Below are positions 24,487 through 36,500 of a stretch of 64,000 bases of DNA, piece by piece. The position numbers and the translations under genes were made by a program. Source of the DNA: a virus; the IMG/VR virus record IMGVR_UViG_3300042384_000288, positions 1-64,000 of that record, one strand, 5' to 3'. A model generated the notes under the pieces. It made no database searches, had not been told where the DNA came from, and saw nothing but the letters and a program-made list of their open reading frames with translations. Every line of letters begins with the position of its first letter. Positions within the stretch are counted from its first letter, which is position 1.

Positions 24487-26625
24487 ATGGCAATAGATCA
24501 AAGACAGGGTAATAAAGTTGTTAAATCACAGCGTAGAGAAGATGCGCCAGGTACTCGAGTTGACCCGTATCCGTATATTGGCATCGTTAAAAACAATTTA
24601 GATCCTACACGCTGTGGTCGCCTACAGGTGTGGATAGCTGATCTAGGCGGAAATCAAGACGACAGTAAAAATTGGCGTACTGTTAGCTATGCTAGTCCTT
24701 TTATGGGCGTAACTAACATCTCACAAAAAGATGCAGGCCGAGCACAAAACACTGCTAATAAATTTACTAACACTCCTAATACCTACGGATTTTGGGCAGT
24801 ACCACCAGATATCGGAGTTGAAGTATTGGTAATGTTTATTGCAGGCGATCCTATGCGCGGCTACTGGTTTGCCTGCGTGAATAGTAGTATTAGTAGATTT
24901 ATGATACCTGCAATAGCGGGCAGTACCAACACTGATCTTAGCGGAGCAAGTGCAGACATTAAAAATTCCTACAGACCCGGAAATCCAGCGCCAGTAACTG
25001 AATTTAACGATAACGATCCTACTATCAATCAAAAAGCCGACTTTTTTAACAATCCGAAACCAATTCACGAGCCACAGTATAGAGTTATGGTCAATCAAGG
25101 ATTAGACCGAGACACTGTTAGAGGACCTATCAGCAGCAGTAGTCAGCGTGAAACTCCTAGTCAAGTATTTGGTATCAGTACTCCTGGTCGTCCTTTTCCG
25201 GACCCAGGAGTTAGAGATCCTGATAATTTTCTAGCCAAGGTGGCCAAAGGACAGCTGACTGAAGCAGATTATGCCTACACCACTAGACAAGGTGGACATA
25301 GTTTCATCATGGATGACGGTAACCTCACAGGACGTGATCAACTAATACGATTACGTACAGCGCAAGGTCATCAAATTATGATGCATGATGCAGAAAACTC
25401 ATTGTACATCAATCATGCAGATGGTACTAGTTGGATTGAAATGACTAATACAGGTGCAATTAATGTTTACTCGAACAACGGAGTCAACGTTCGCACTGAA
25501 GGTAGTATTAATTTACATGCTGATCGCGATATTAATATGAACGCTGGCGGCAAAATTAATATAAAAGCAAGCAGCAGTTTTCAGATTGACGCCTCAAGTA
25601 TAAATGCGCTTAGTGGTGCCGCTATAGTGGTAAGTGCAGGCGGTACTATAGGCTTAAAAGCAGGAGGGCAATTCAATGTAGATGCTGGTCCTATATCTCT
25701 AAAAGCCGGCAGTGATCTATCAATGGAAGGCAGCAGTATTAAACAAAATAGTGGAGGTACAAAAGCAGTTACTCCGCCTAAACCTATACAGGTAAATTCG
25801 CTAACTGATACAGTAAAAGAATCTTCTACAGGACTGTGGGTAGCTGCATCTAGTTTAAGTTCTATTGTTCGAGTAGCACCGAGTCATGAGCCGTATGCTA
25901 GAGGGCAACTACCGCCATTCGCTGAACCGACTGCGTTAGGAATAACTCCTGCAGCGGCATACAAGGACGCTGTTGATAAGACCAAAGCAGTGGCGGGCAC
26001 TGCACCTACAGGAGCCACCGAATTAGATCTTCGCGCACAATCTAGTTCTGACTGTGCAATAGGTCCATTGACTGCTCAACAGATGACAGCTTATTTTGCA
26101 CAAGTGGCCAAAACAACCAGCGGTGGCGCACTAGGATTCGACAAAACTAAGTTTGCTAGCGAATACGAAGTAGTTAACACTGCTAATGCTGTTGGCAAAT
26201 ATCAATTTAGCTATCAGGCTCTTAAGGATCTAGGATATTTAACCAGCGATTGCTCAAGTAATGCAGAGATGTCTAATTCTAATAAATGGAAGGGAAAAAA
26301 CGGAATAGATAGTTTAGATACATTTTTAAAAACGTCAGCAGGTAAAGCAGAACAAGAAACGGCCATAGGTGAACACACCCTAAGAAATTATACCAGTTTG
26401 GTACAACGTGGTGCAATAACCTCAGAATTAAAATCTGAAGAAGTTGGTGGTTTACTAGCAGTGGCACATCTATTAGGTGCAGGCGGCGCCAATCAGTGGC
26501 GTAAAGGTGCAGGTGGTGCTGATCAGTACGGAACAACAGGTGACAAATATTTTCAAAATGGCAAATATGCAATAGCAGTGCTGGCACCAAAACTTGCAAC
26601 TATAGATCAACCAAAAACAGCATAG
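24487..26625 (+). CDS. gp5: Baseplate central spike (gp5/VgrG-like) with C-terminal lytic domain
   Basis: DPTRCGRLQV and PPDIGVEVLV (OB fold), GHSFIMDD, beta-helix-like repeats, C-terminal AVGKYQF / AHLLGAGGA lysozyme-like domain. Confidence 0.8.
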   Translation: MAIDQRQGNKVVKSQRREDAPGTRVDPYPYIGIVKNNLDPTRCGRLQVWIADLGGNQDDSKNWRTVSYASPFMGVTNISQKDAGRAQNTANKFTNTPNTYGFWAVPPDIGVEVLVMFIAGDPMRGYWFACVNSSISRFMIPAIAGSTNTDLSGASADIKNSYRPGNPAPVTEFNDNDPTINQKADFFNNPKPIHEPQYRVMVNQGLDRDTVRGPISSSSQRETPSQVFGISTPGRPFPDPGVRDPDNFLAKVAKGQLTEADYAYTTRQGGHSFIMDDGNLTGRDQLIRLRTAQGHQIMMHDAENSLYINHADGTSWIEMTNTGAINVYSNNGVNVRTEGSINLHADRDINMNAGGKINIKASSSFQIDASSINALSGAAIVVSAGGTIGLKAGGQFNVDAGPISLKAGSDLSMEGSSIKQNSGGTKAVTPPKPIQVNSLTDTVKESSTGLWVAASSLSSIVRVAPSHEPYARGQLPPFAEPTALGITPAAAYKDAVDKTKAVAGTAPTGATELDLRAQSSSDCAIGPLTAQQMTAYFAQVAKTTSGGALGFDKTKFASEYEVVNTANAVGKYQFSYQALKDLGYLTSDCSSNAEMSNSNKWKGKNGIDSLDTFLKTSAGKAEQETAIGEHTLRNYTSLVQRGAITSELKSEEVGGLLAVAHLLGAGGANQWRKGAGGADQYGTTGDKYFQNGKYAIAVLAPKLATIDQPKTA

Positions 26626-26638
26626 GATAAATATTGTT

Positions 26639-27016
26639 ATGGCTAATTTTTATAGAGGTTTCAGTACACTAGTTCCTAATAAAAAATTCCGTCTGACAGA
26701 CATGGAATTGATTAAACAGGATATCATCAATCACTTTAACATTCGCAAGGGTGAAAAGCTGATGAATCCAAATTTTGGTACTATTATCTGGAACGTGTTA
26801 CACGAACCTTTCACTGAAGAATTAAAAAGCGTTATAACAGAAGACATCAAAGCCATAGCCAAATACGATCCTCGTGTTAGTTTTGATAACATTATTGTTA
26901 CAGAATACGAAAGAGGACTGCAAATAGTTTTAGATCTTAGATATCTGCAGACTAATCAGAGCAATACCATGAGTCTACAGTTTGATAATCAAGCTAGAAC
27001 ACTTTTCTCTAGTTAA
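26639..27016 (+). CDS. gp25: Baseplate wedge subunit (gp25-like)
   Basis: RKGEKLMNPNFG and DPRV motifs. Confidence 0.9.
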   Translation: MANFYRGFSTLVPNKKFRLTDMELIKQDIINHFNIRKGEKLMNPNFGTIIWNVLHEPFTEELKSVITEDIKAIAKYDPRVSFDNIIVTEYERGLQIVLDLRYLQTNQSNTMSLQFDNQARTLFSS

Positions 27017-27067
27017 TTAAATACCTACTTTTTCCTTATAATAAATACATTATAACAGGAAATTCGT

Positions 27068-30000
27068 ATGGCTATCACCACAAGACAAACAGGGTTACTA
27101 GTTGCTGAAGATTGGACTAGACTCTATCAGACCTTCCGCAACGCAGACTTTCAAAGTTACGATTTTGAAACGTTACGTGCTAGTATGATCAACTATTTAA
27201 GATTATATTATCCTGAAGACTTCAACGACTATATTGATTCCAGCGAATTTGTAGCATTAATTGATCTAATTGCATTTTTAGGACAGAGTCTTGCATTCCG
27301 CAGTGATTTAAATGCACGTGAAAACTTCATTGATACTGCACAGCGTCGTGATAGTATATTGAAACTTGCACGTCTAATATCTTATAATCCTAAACGTAAT
27401 ATTGCCGCCAGTGGCTTTTTAAAAGTCGACAGTGTCAGCACCACTGAAGCAGTATTTGACAGCAACGGTATTAATCTTGGAGGATTAGTTATTACCTGGG
27501 CAGATTCTGGTAATGACAATTGGTTAGAACAATTTACCGCAGTGATTAATTCTAGTCTAGTTTCAAATCAAATCATCGGCAAACCTAGTAACAGTCAACT
27601 AATTAACGGGATTATTAATGAAGAATATCAAATTCGCTTGGTGCCTAGTATTGTACCAACATACAGTTTTAACAGTGCAGTTGGCGGAACTGAAAATGTT
27701 TTTGAAATAGTAAGTCCTACAAGTTCCGGAGAAGGTATACTTTATGAAGTTGCTCCTCGCCCTAATTTACCATTCAATCTACTTTACAAAAACGATAATT
27801 TAGGTAATAGCAGCATCAATACTGGTTTCTTTATGATGTTTAAGCAAGGCTCATTACGATCAGCCGATGTAGCATTTACAGAAAGTATTCCAAATCGAGT
27901 TTACAGTGTAACAATTGACAATATCAACAATAATGATATTTGGGTTTATAGATTAGATGCTGACGGTAACCCGATTGAATTGTGGGAACAAGTACCTGCG
28001 GTTAATAATACCAATGTTATCTATAATCAAAGTAATGTGCGTTCCATTTATCAAGTGGCAACTAGGGCAGGTGATCAAGTTGATTTGATATTTGGTGATG
28101 GCGCATTTAGTAATATTCCCCAAGGTAACTTCCGTATATATTATCGTGTCAGTAACGGGCTAGACTATAAAATTACTCCTAGTGAGATGCAGGGTATTAT
28201 AGTACCTATTAACTATGTAAGTAGAACCGGTAGAATTGAAACCATTACTATCAGAGGTAGTTTACAATATACAGTGGCTAATGCTACTAGTCGTGACACC
28301 ATTGAGGACATCAGACAAAAAGCGCCGCAACAATTTTATACACAGAATCGCATGGTCACCGGTGAAGACTATAATATTTTACCTTACACCTTGTTCAATG
28401 ATATTTTAAAAATTAAAGCAGTCAATCGTACCAGCTCAGGCATCAGTCGTTATCTTGATGTCATTGACGTAACAGGCAAGTACTCTAGCACTAACATATT
28501 CTGTCAAGATGGCATGCTATATCGTGACTCAATCATTGCAACGTTTAACTTTGACTATAATACAACCAATGACATTTATAAAACCATGTATAATCAAGTA
28601 GTTCCATTGGTACAACAAAAAGAAATGCTACAGTACTATTATGCAAACTTTCCGTTGATTTCAGTGTCGAATATACTTTGGAATTACAGTTCTGCAATAT
28701 CAAACGGCTGCACAGGGTATTTTTACGATCCGTTAGATAAAATCCTACAAGTAGGCCCCACTGTAGATAGCAATTTTAAATTTATACGCCAAGGTGCTAT
28801 TGTAAGATTTTCAGCTGGTCAGGGCAATTATTTTGACGCACGTAATAACATACAAACAGGTATGCCAAGCAAAGCTGGCGATAAAATTTATATCTACGCT
28901 ACCATTGAGCAATTACTCAGTGACGGTACTAACGGAGGGCAAGGCAACTTAGCCAACGGAACAGGTCCGGTAATTATAAATCAAATTGTACCACAAGGTG
29001 CTATTGCTGACAGAGTGTTTAGTGTATTTAATATTGATTTTTCTGAATCACTGATCAATACCATGGTAGGATATGTGCAGGCCTACGAAGATTTTGGACT
29101 AAGGTATGATGTTAATACCAGCAGTTGGAGAATTATTTTACCAAACGACGTTAGTACCAGCGAAATTTTTGACCCAACTAATAGCGGTAATACCAGTGGC
29201 CAATCATTAGACAGCAGTTGGTTAATTAGATTCCAAACAGTAGGGCAAACTTATACTGTTTATTATCGTAATCTAAATTATATATTCGAAAGCGTATTAG
29301 AAACAGATTTCTATTTTGATGAAGCTGTTAAGATTTTTGATGCTGCAACAGGCACTACAGTATACGACCAAATTAAAATTTTAAAAACTAATAACAATCC
29401 AGATGACAGTGCGCCATTGGCGTTAGATTACATATGGTATATTTTTAAAAGTATTGTAGCATCAGACGGCTATGAGAATTCTAGTAAGATTTTAATTACA
29501 TTTCCAGACACAGACAACGATGGAATACCAGATAATCCTGAATTATTTGAACTGATAGTAGCACCAGAAATTTCAACCAGTAGCAAATATGTTTATTTTC
29601 GCAGCGAAGCAGGATACGATAATTTTATCGTACAGACACCAGTCGATAACAACACAGTGCTAAGCAATTATGCAACTTTACAAGATGCACAAATTGATGC
29701 CACTCTATATAGAAATGGGCAATTATTCTATTTGCCGTCTACTGATGAGTTTTATCAATTGTCAGTAGTTGGCTCAACCTACACTTTAAATTTAGTAACT
29801 AACTATATCGCTAAAATTGGTCGACAAGATTTGTATTTTCAGTATCGACATAATAGTCCTAACTATCGTCGTATTGACCCAAGTCCGAATAACATTATAG
29901 ACTTGTATGTATTAACTAAACAATATGCAATTGATTACACCGCTTGGATTCGGGATACAAGCAATACAGTGGCCAAACCTATACACCCGACTAACGAAGA

Positions 30001-30505
30001 ATTGAGTTTAACCTACAATAGTTTGGAAAATTTTAAAAGTATTAGTGATACAATTATCTATAATCCTGCAAAATTCAAACCAATTTTTGGTGCTAAAGCT
30101 GATCCTAGTCTTCAAGCAACATTTAAAGTTATTAAAAATCCTAATATTGTTATCAGCGACTATGATATTCAAACTTCGGTTATTGCAGCCATTGACAATT
30201 ATTTTGCTGTAGATAACTGGGACTTTGGTGAAACGTTTTATTTTAGTGAACTAGCTGCATATCTGCACACTACATTAGCTCCTAATGTAGCCAGTGTGCT
30301 AATTGTGCCTGCAAGTACAAGTAGTGCATTTGGTAGTTTGATGCAGATCAATGCTGATGTAAATGAAATAGTTGTTAGTGCTGCAACTGTAGATAATGTA
30401 CAGATAATTTCATCAATCACAGCCGCGCAACTTAATCAAAGAGCAGGTACCGTGATTACCGATGTTACTAATGCTGGAAGTAGCAGTGGCGGCGGGTACT
30501 ATTAA
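27068..30505 (+). CDS. gp6: Baseplate wedge protein (gp6-like)
   Basis: DFETLR, ENFIDTAQRRDSILKLA, FGDG and QNRMVTGEDY motifs; follows gp25. Confidence 0.88.
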   Translation: MAITTRQTGLLVAEDWTRLYQTFRNADFQSYDFETLRASMINYLRLYYPEDFNDYIDSSEFVALIDLIAFLGQSLAFRSDLNARENFIDTAQRRDSILKLARLISYNPKRNIAASGFLKVDSVSTTEAVFDSNGINLGGLVITWADSGNDNWLEQFTAVINSSLVSNQIIGKPSNSQLINGIINEEYQIRLVPSIVPTYSFNSAVGGTENVFEIVSPTSSGEGILYEVAPRPNLPFNLLYKNDNLGNSSINTGFFMMFKQGSLRSADVAFTESIPNRVYSVTIDNINNNDIWVYRLDADGNPIELWEQVPAVNNTNVIYNQSNVRSIYQVATRAGDQVDLIFGDGAFSNIPQGNFRIYYRVSNGLDYKITPSEMQGIIVPINYVSRTGRIETITIRGSLQYTVANATSRDTIEDIRQKAPQQFYTQNRMVTGEDYNILPYTLFNDILKIKAVNRTSSGISRYLDVIDVTGKYSSTNIFCQDGMLYRDSIIATFNFDYNTTNDIYKTMYNQVVPLVQQKEMLQYYYANFPLISVSNILWNYSSAISNGCTGYFYDPLDKILQVGPTVDSNFKFIRQGAIVRFSAGQGNYFDARNNIQTGMPSKAGDKIYIYATIEQLLSDGTNGGQGNLANGTGPVIINQIVPQGAIADRVFSVFNIDFSESLINTMVGYVQAYEDFGLRYDVNTSSWRIILPNDVSTSEIFDPTNSGNTSGQSLDSSWLIRFQTVGQTYTVYYRNLNYIFESVLETDFYFDEAVKIFDAATGTTVYDQIKILKTNNNPDDSAPLALDYIWYIFKSIVASDGYENSSKILITFPDTDNDGIPDNPELFELIVAPEISTSSKYVYFRSEAGYDNFIVQTPVDNNTVLSNYATLQDAQIDATLYRNGQLFYLPSTDEFYQLSVVGSTYTLNLVTNYIAKIGRQDLYFQYRHNSPNYRRIDPSPNNIIDLYVLTKQYAIDYTAWIRDTSNTVAKPIHPTNEELSLTYNSLENFKSISDTIIYNPAKFKPIFGAKADPSLQATFKVIKNPNIVISDYDIQTSVIAAIDNYFAVDNWDFGETFYFSELAAYLHTTLAPNVASVLIVPASTSSAFGSLMQINADVNEIVVSAATVDNVQIISSITAAQLNQRAGTVITDVTNAGSSSGGGYY

Positions 30506-30568
30506 TGTCAAAAATAGTTAGATTACGTTAGGTTAAATACTGTATAACTTTAGAGAATGGTATAATAA

Positions 30569-33500
30569 ATGGCTGTTAAAAAAACTTTAGATTTTCTTCC
30601 AACGATATTCAGATCTGACACGAATAATAAATTCTTGTCAGCAACAATGGATCAACTAGTTGAAGAACCCAATTTAACTAGACTGCACGGATATATAGGT
30701 AGAAAATTTGCTCCTACATATAAAGTAAACGATAGTTACATTTCTGAATCATCAGGGGATCGACAAAATTATCAACTTGAACCGGGTGTGGTCGTAAAAA
30801 ATAAACAAGATGAAATCACATTTTTTAGCAGCTATCCTGATCTTTTAAATAAAATTAGATATTATGGTGGTAACATTGACGATCATAGTCGTTTATTTGA
30901 TAGTCAATACTATAGCTTCGATCCACAAATTAGTTATGACAAGCTAGTTAATTTTAGTCAGTACTATTGGCTACCCGACGGACCCGATGCTGTGGAAGTT
31001 AATACCACGGGCATCAACTTAATTGAAACCTATATTGTTACTCGTGATGCGGCCACAAACAGCTACATTTTTAGATCGGAAGGAAAAATAGACTACAGCA
31101 TTACTCTTGCACGTGGCGGTACTTATCGATTCATTGTTGATCAACCGGGCTTTCCGTTTTGGATTCAAACAGAGTTAGGAGCCGACGGAAGAGTAACAGC
31201 AACACCTACTCTAAGTGCAAGAGATGTTCTAGGAGTCGAAAACAACGGTATAGATTCGGGTATTGTTACTTTCCGTGTACCATTAGACACAGCGCAAGAT
31301 AGATTTATTATTATGCAAACTGTGTATAATGTTGACTATGCAGTGCCTTTAGAATATACTAGTCTACAAAACAAATTTTTAAGTCAATTTTTGGCCAATT
31401 ATCCGCAATATTCTGGCATTACAGGAACACTTGATGGCAAATATCTAGTGTTTATATTACCAGAAGGGACTGTTAATCGAAGTCAGGCAGCATTTACGAA
31501 TGATGCAGTTGTTGACCCAGTAACTAATGCTATAATACCTGGATATGATGTGGGTTATGTTGTACCTTCTTCAATTCACTACGGAGTGTGGCAGGTTAAA
31601 TTTGTTGATGTTCCTGGGGTAGCTGAAAAGCTAATTCGTTTGGTACATATTCAAAATGTGGCTATAAATGAAAAAGTATACATTAGATACGGTGTACTTA
31701 ATGCTAACAAAGAATACTTTAAAGATTATGACGGGTTCTTCTACGAAGTTCCTTTACTATCAAGTATATTGGATACACTATACGTACAAGATGCGGCATC
31801 TGCTGGTATGTACGAGGCAGTGAAAATTATTAACTATGTTGGTTGGAATATCGATGTTGAAAATGATATTATAGGCAAAGTAAATTACACTAGCCCCAAT
31901 GGTGTGCAGTTTACCTCAGGATTAAAAATTGAATTTGGCTCTGACGTAATTCCTGCTAGCTATCAAAACAAACAGTATTATGCAGAAAACATTGGCGATT
32001 CTATTAGATTAGTCTGGGTAGATTTATTAGTCACACCTGAACCGTATCGAGCCGAGTTAGCATTAAATTATCCCTTAGGTATAGGAGAAAACTCATCTAA
32101 CGCAGAATACATAACTATTAATCGCGCTAGTAGAGACCTAAATGCGTGGAGTCGCAATAATCGTTGGTTTCATAGGGACGTTATTGTTGCCACAGCAACT
32201 TATAATAACACTGTTCCTCTAATAGATCAACGAAATCGTGCAAAACGACCAATCATTCAATTTGAATTAGATCTACAATTAGTCAACCAAGGAAGAATTG
32301 GTAAACAAGCAGTTGATATCTTAGATCTGTTTACGTTGGATCCTTTTACTGAATTACAAGGCACAGTTGCGTTAACAGCATTTGGCACGACTTTAACCAA
32401 CGGACTTCGTGTGCTGTTTGCAGGCGCAGTGGACCCTTTAGTAAAGAATAAAATTTATACTATAGAATTAGTACAATACGGATACGACACAGAGCTACGA
32501 CAACCCTCAGGTGAATTTTACGTTAATTTAGTAATTGCTGAAGATGGAGCAAGTGAAGCATATGACACTGTGGTAATTACACAGGGAAGATTCAAAGGAA
32601 CACAGTGGTATTTTGACGGTATTGACTGGAAAGAAAGTCAACAAAAAACAAATCTGCAACAAGCACCGTTATTTGACGTAGCAGATATCAATGGCAAAAG
32701 TTTCACTGAATTTGAACGTACTACCTTTGCAGGTACTAAGTTATTTGGTTATGCAGAATCGTCTGCAGCTGTACTTGACCCAGTACTACAACTACCATTA
32801 AGTTATAGAAACTTAGCTACTCAAGGAGAATTAGAGTTTAATACATTTTTTAATACTGATACCTTTAGTTATCTACTTGATGGAGTTTCTGTAACCAACG
32901 CTGTATCTACCGGATTCGTGCAAAGAGTTATCAGTAGAGATGTACTAAGTCCTAAGAATACCTGGAGAACGGTAGTAGAAGATACTAAACAATATCAACT
33001 GATCGGATATAATGCAGACGGAATCAACAGTGCATTTACCTTAGACGTAAGAACTGCTCCTAGCCAATCAGTGCCGTATTTAAAAGTCTTTAAAAATTAT
33101 GTTTATCAAACAACAGATCGATGGATACTAATTGACAACACTGTTCGATTAGTACAAAGTTTAAATTTTACTGGTGACGGAGTTACTGCATCTTTTACAG
33201 TGGATAACACTCTCAACGGTATAATAGTTAGTATAGATGGAGTCTTGCAAACACCGAGTCTATTTGGTATTGCGGGCAATGTAGTTACTTTTGAAGTACC
33301 TCCTTCAAAAAATAGTATAATACTAATTAGAACTATACAACTTCCTACTATAAATGATAAAATTGATATTTTAATCTATAGTAAACAACCTAGCGAGTTT
33401 GGAGTCTATCAAATTCCGTTGAACTTAGAATTAAATGCAAGAAATACCAACATCGAATCAGTAACTTTAGGTCAGATGCGCAATCATTTAGTGGCTATGT

Positions 33501-36500
33501 CTCAAAATAGTACTACGCTAATCGGTGACCCATTGGGTATTAGTAATCTTCGAGATGTTGAGATTAAACAACAAGGCGGTACTATTTTACAAAACAGTGC
33601 ACCTGTTCCGCATGCGAGTCTTTTCCTACTAGATGAAAAAGCTAATTTTATCAATGCTCTTCGTCTTGCTCAACGCGAATATAGCAAATTTAAAAACAAA
33701 TTTTTAGGATTAGCTACAACGTTATCGGGTATTAATCCTACTGATCCTGTTGCTAGTGTAGACTTAATTCTAACCAGTATTAACAGTATTAAGAATACTA
33801 CATTCCCGTGGTATTACAGCGATATGGTACCGTACGGCACATTAAAAAATACAATTACATACACGGTATTTAATACGTTGGATAGTGATTACGAAATTAC
33901 AAATGTTTTTAATGATCAAAATCTAAGCAATCAAGCGGTATTAGTTTATCTAAATGATGTACAATTAACTAAAAATATTGATTATATATTCTTACAGGAT
34001 CGTCCCGCAGTTAGATTTATTGGCGCTACCTTAGAGGGTTTAGAAGTCGATGATATTATTCAGTTAGTTGAATACACTAATACTGATGGTAACTACATTC
34101 CAGAGACTCCAACAAAATTAGGATTATGGCCAAAATATGTTCCTCAGATATTTTTAGATGATACCTATAGACAACCGATTAATGTTCTCCAAGGACACGA
34201 CGGTAGTATTACTCCAACGTTTGGCGATTACCGAGATAATTTTTTATTAGAATTAGAGAAACGTATCTACAATAACATAAAAGTATTAGATACTGCTTAT
34301 GAAAATGTTGTTGACGTAGTTCCTGGAAAATTTAGAGAAACTGACTACAATCTGACAGAAATGACACAGATATTATCTCAAGGATTTTTAAATTGGGTAG
34401 GCAACAACAAAATTGATTTTAGCTCAAACGATTCATTTAGACCCAACGATGCTTTTACTTGGAACTATAATGCGTTTCCTGACAGAGTCGACGGTGAAAT
34501 ACTGCCAGGCAGCTGGCGTGCTTGTTATCAATATTTTTATGATACTTTCCGCCCTCACTTAACACCTTGGGAAATGTTAGGATTTTCTGAAAAACCCGAT
34601 TGGTGGGAGGAATTCTACGGACCGGCACCATATACCGGCAGCAACAAATTGCTATGGGACGACCTAGAAGCTGGACGTATTCGCGAAGGCAAGAGATCAT
34701 TGATTGATCTAGGGCTGGGATTAGGTATAGATCCACGTTATGCTCGTCCGGGATTATCTGCATTAATACCAGTAGATGAAAACGGACAATTATTAAGCCC
34801 AGTGGCAGCAATAACTGGAGCATATAAATCTAATAGAGCAGGAGGTAGCTGGACTGTAGGTCAATATGGGCCTGTAGAGTATGCTTGGCGCACAAGTAGT
34901 GACTATCCATTTGCAATGCAAAGGGCTGCGGCCTTGGCTAAACCAGGCAGATATTTTGGTTTATTAGCAGATGCGTTTAATTACTATTACGACGAGACGT
35001 TAGATCAATATTTAACAAGAGGTACTAATAGACATATAACTCAATTTGACATAAATTACAACGGTAACTCTATCAACGGTCGTGTCTACAGAAGTGCAGG
35101 CTGGATAAACTGGGTAGCTGATTATTTGGTCAATCAAGGAATAAATCCTGCATCTGAAATACTTACAAAAATACAAAATTATGAAATTAAACTGTCATAT
35201 AAAACTGCAGGCTTTACCGATCAAAAATATCTTCAGATATTAGCAGAACAAGTAAGTCCAAGCAGTTTTGGTGACAGTATTGCAATACCTAACGAAAATT
35301 ATCAAGTTCATTTGTATAAATCGACTCCTGTTAACACGCTTCGTTATAGTGCAGTTATTGTTGAAAAAACATCCAATGGATATACTGTCAGAGGATATGA
35401 TTTAAATAATCCATTCTTTGTAATAATACCTAGTCAGGCAAATAATAATGCTACTAGAATCAATGTACTGAATAGTAGTGCTTCTATCTATAATAATTTT
35501 CAAAATCTTAGATTAACTGTGCCTTACGGTTATGAATTTACTACACAACAACAAATAGTTGACTTTCTGATTGGATATGAAAGAAATCTAAAAGGCAGAG
35601 GATTCACATTCGAAGAATTAGACAATCAACTAGGACAGGTTAAGAGTTTTAGATTAAGCGCAGAAGAATTTTTGTTTTGGGCACAACAGGGATGGAAGGC
35701 AGGTAGTATATTAGTGTTAAGCCCGGTAATTAATACTGTTCGAGCTACAACTATAAGCGGAATTACAGATGGAATCACGGATAGTCAATACGGTAGCAAA
35801 GTATTAGATGTTAATTTCCAAATGGTTAAAAATAATAATTATGATGTAATGCGATCAGCAACAGAATTTAAACTAACACTAACTGGTGACGGTGCAGTTG
35901 TGGGTTATTTAGAAGTTGATGTAGTACAATATGAACATGTATTAATCTTTGACAATAATACTGTGTTCAACGATGTTATTTATGAACCAGAGTCCGGTAG
36001 TCGTCAGTACAGACTTAGATTAATTGGACAAAAAACAGGTGCCTGGGATGGTAGTCTGTATGCTCCGGGATTTATATATAATTCGGGTGTAGTTGATTTA
36101 TGGAATCAAGGTAAGGATTATCTCAAAGGTGATCTAGTAGAATTTAAAAATCAATATTATGTTGCATTGGAAAATATTATTGCAGCTCCAGAATTTCAAT
36201 TTGGATTGTGGCAAATTATTGCGTCTAGTGAAATTAAAAAAGGACTTTTACCAAACTTTAGTACGCTGGCCAGTGCTGCAGAAGACTACTACGACAGTTA
36301 CGGTAGTATCAAAGATAAAAACCAAATACAACAAAGTCATAGCCTAATAGGATTCAAACCAAGACAGTATTTGAGTGATCTGGGACTAAGTGAAACTAGT
36401 CAAATTGAATTTTACAAGGGATTTATCAATCAAAAAGGTAGTGCAAATGCAGTAAACCAACTGCTTAATGCAGTGTTTAACAACTTAAACAGTAACATTG

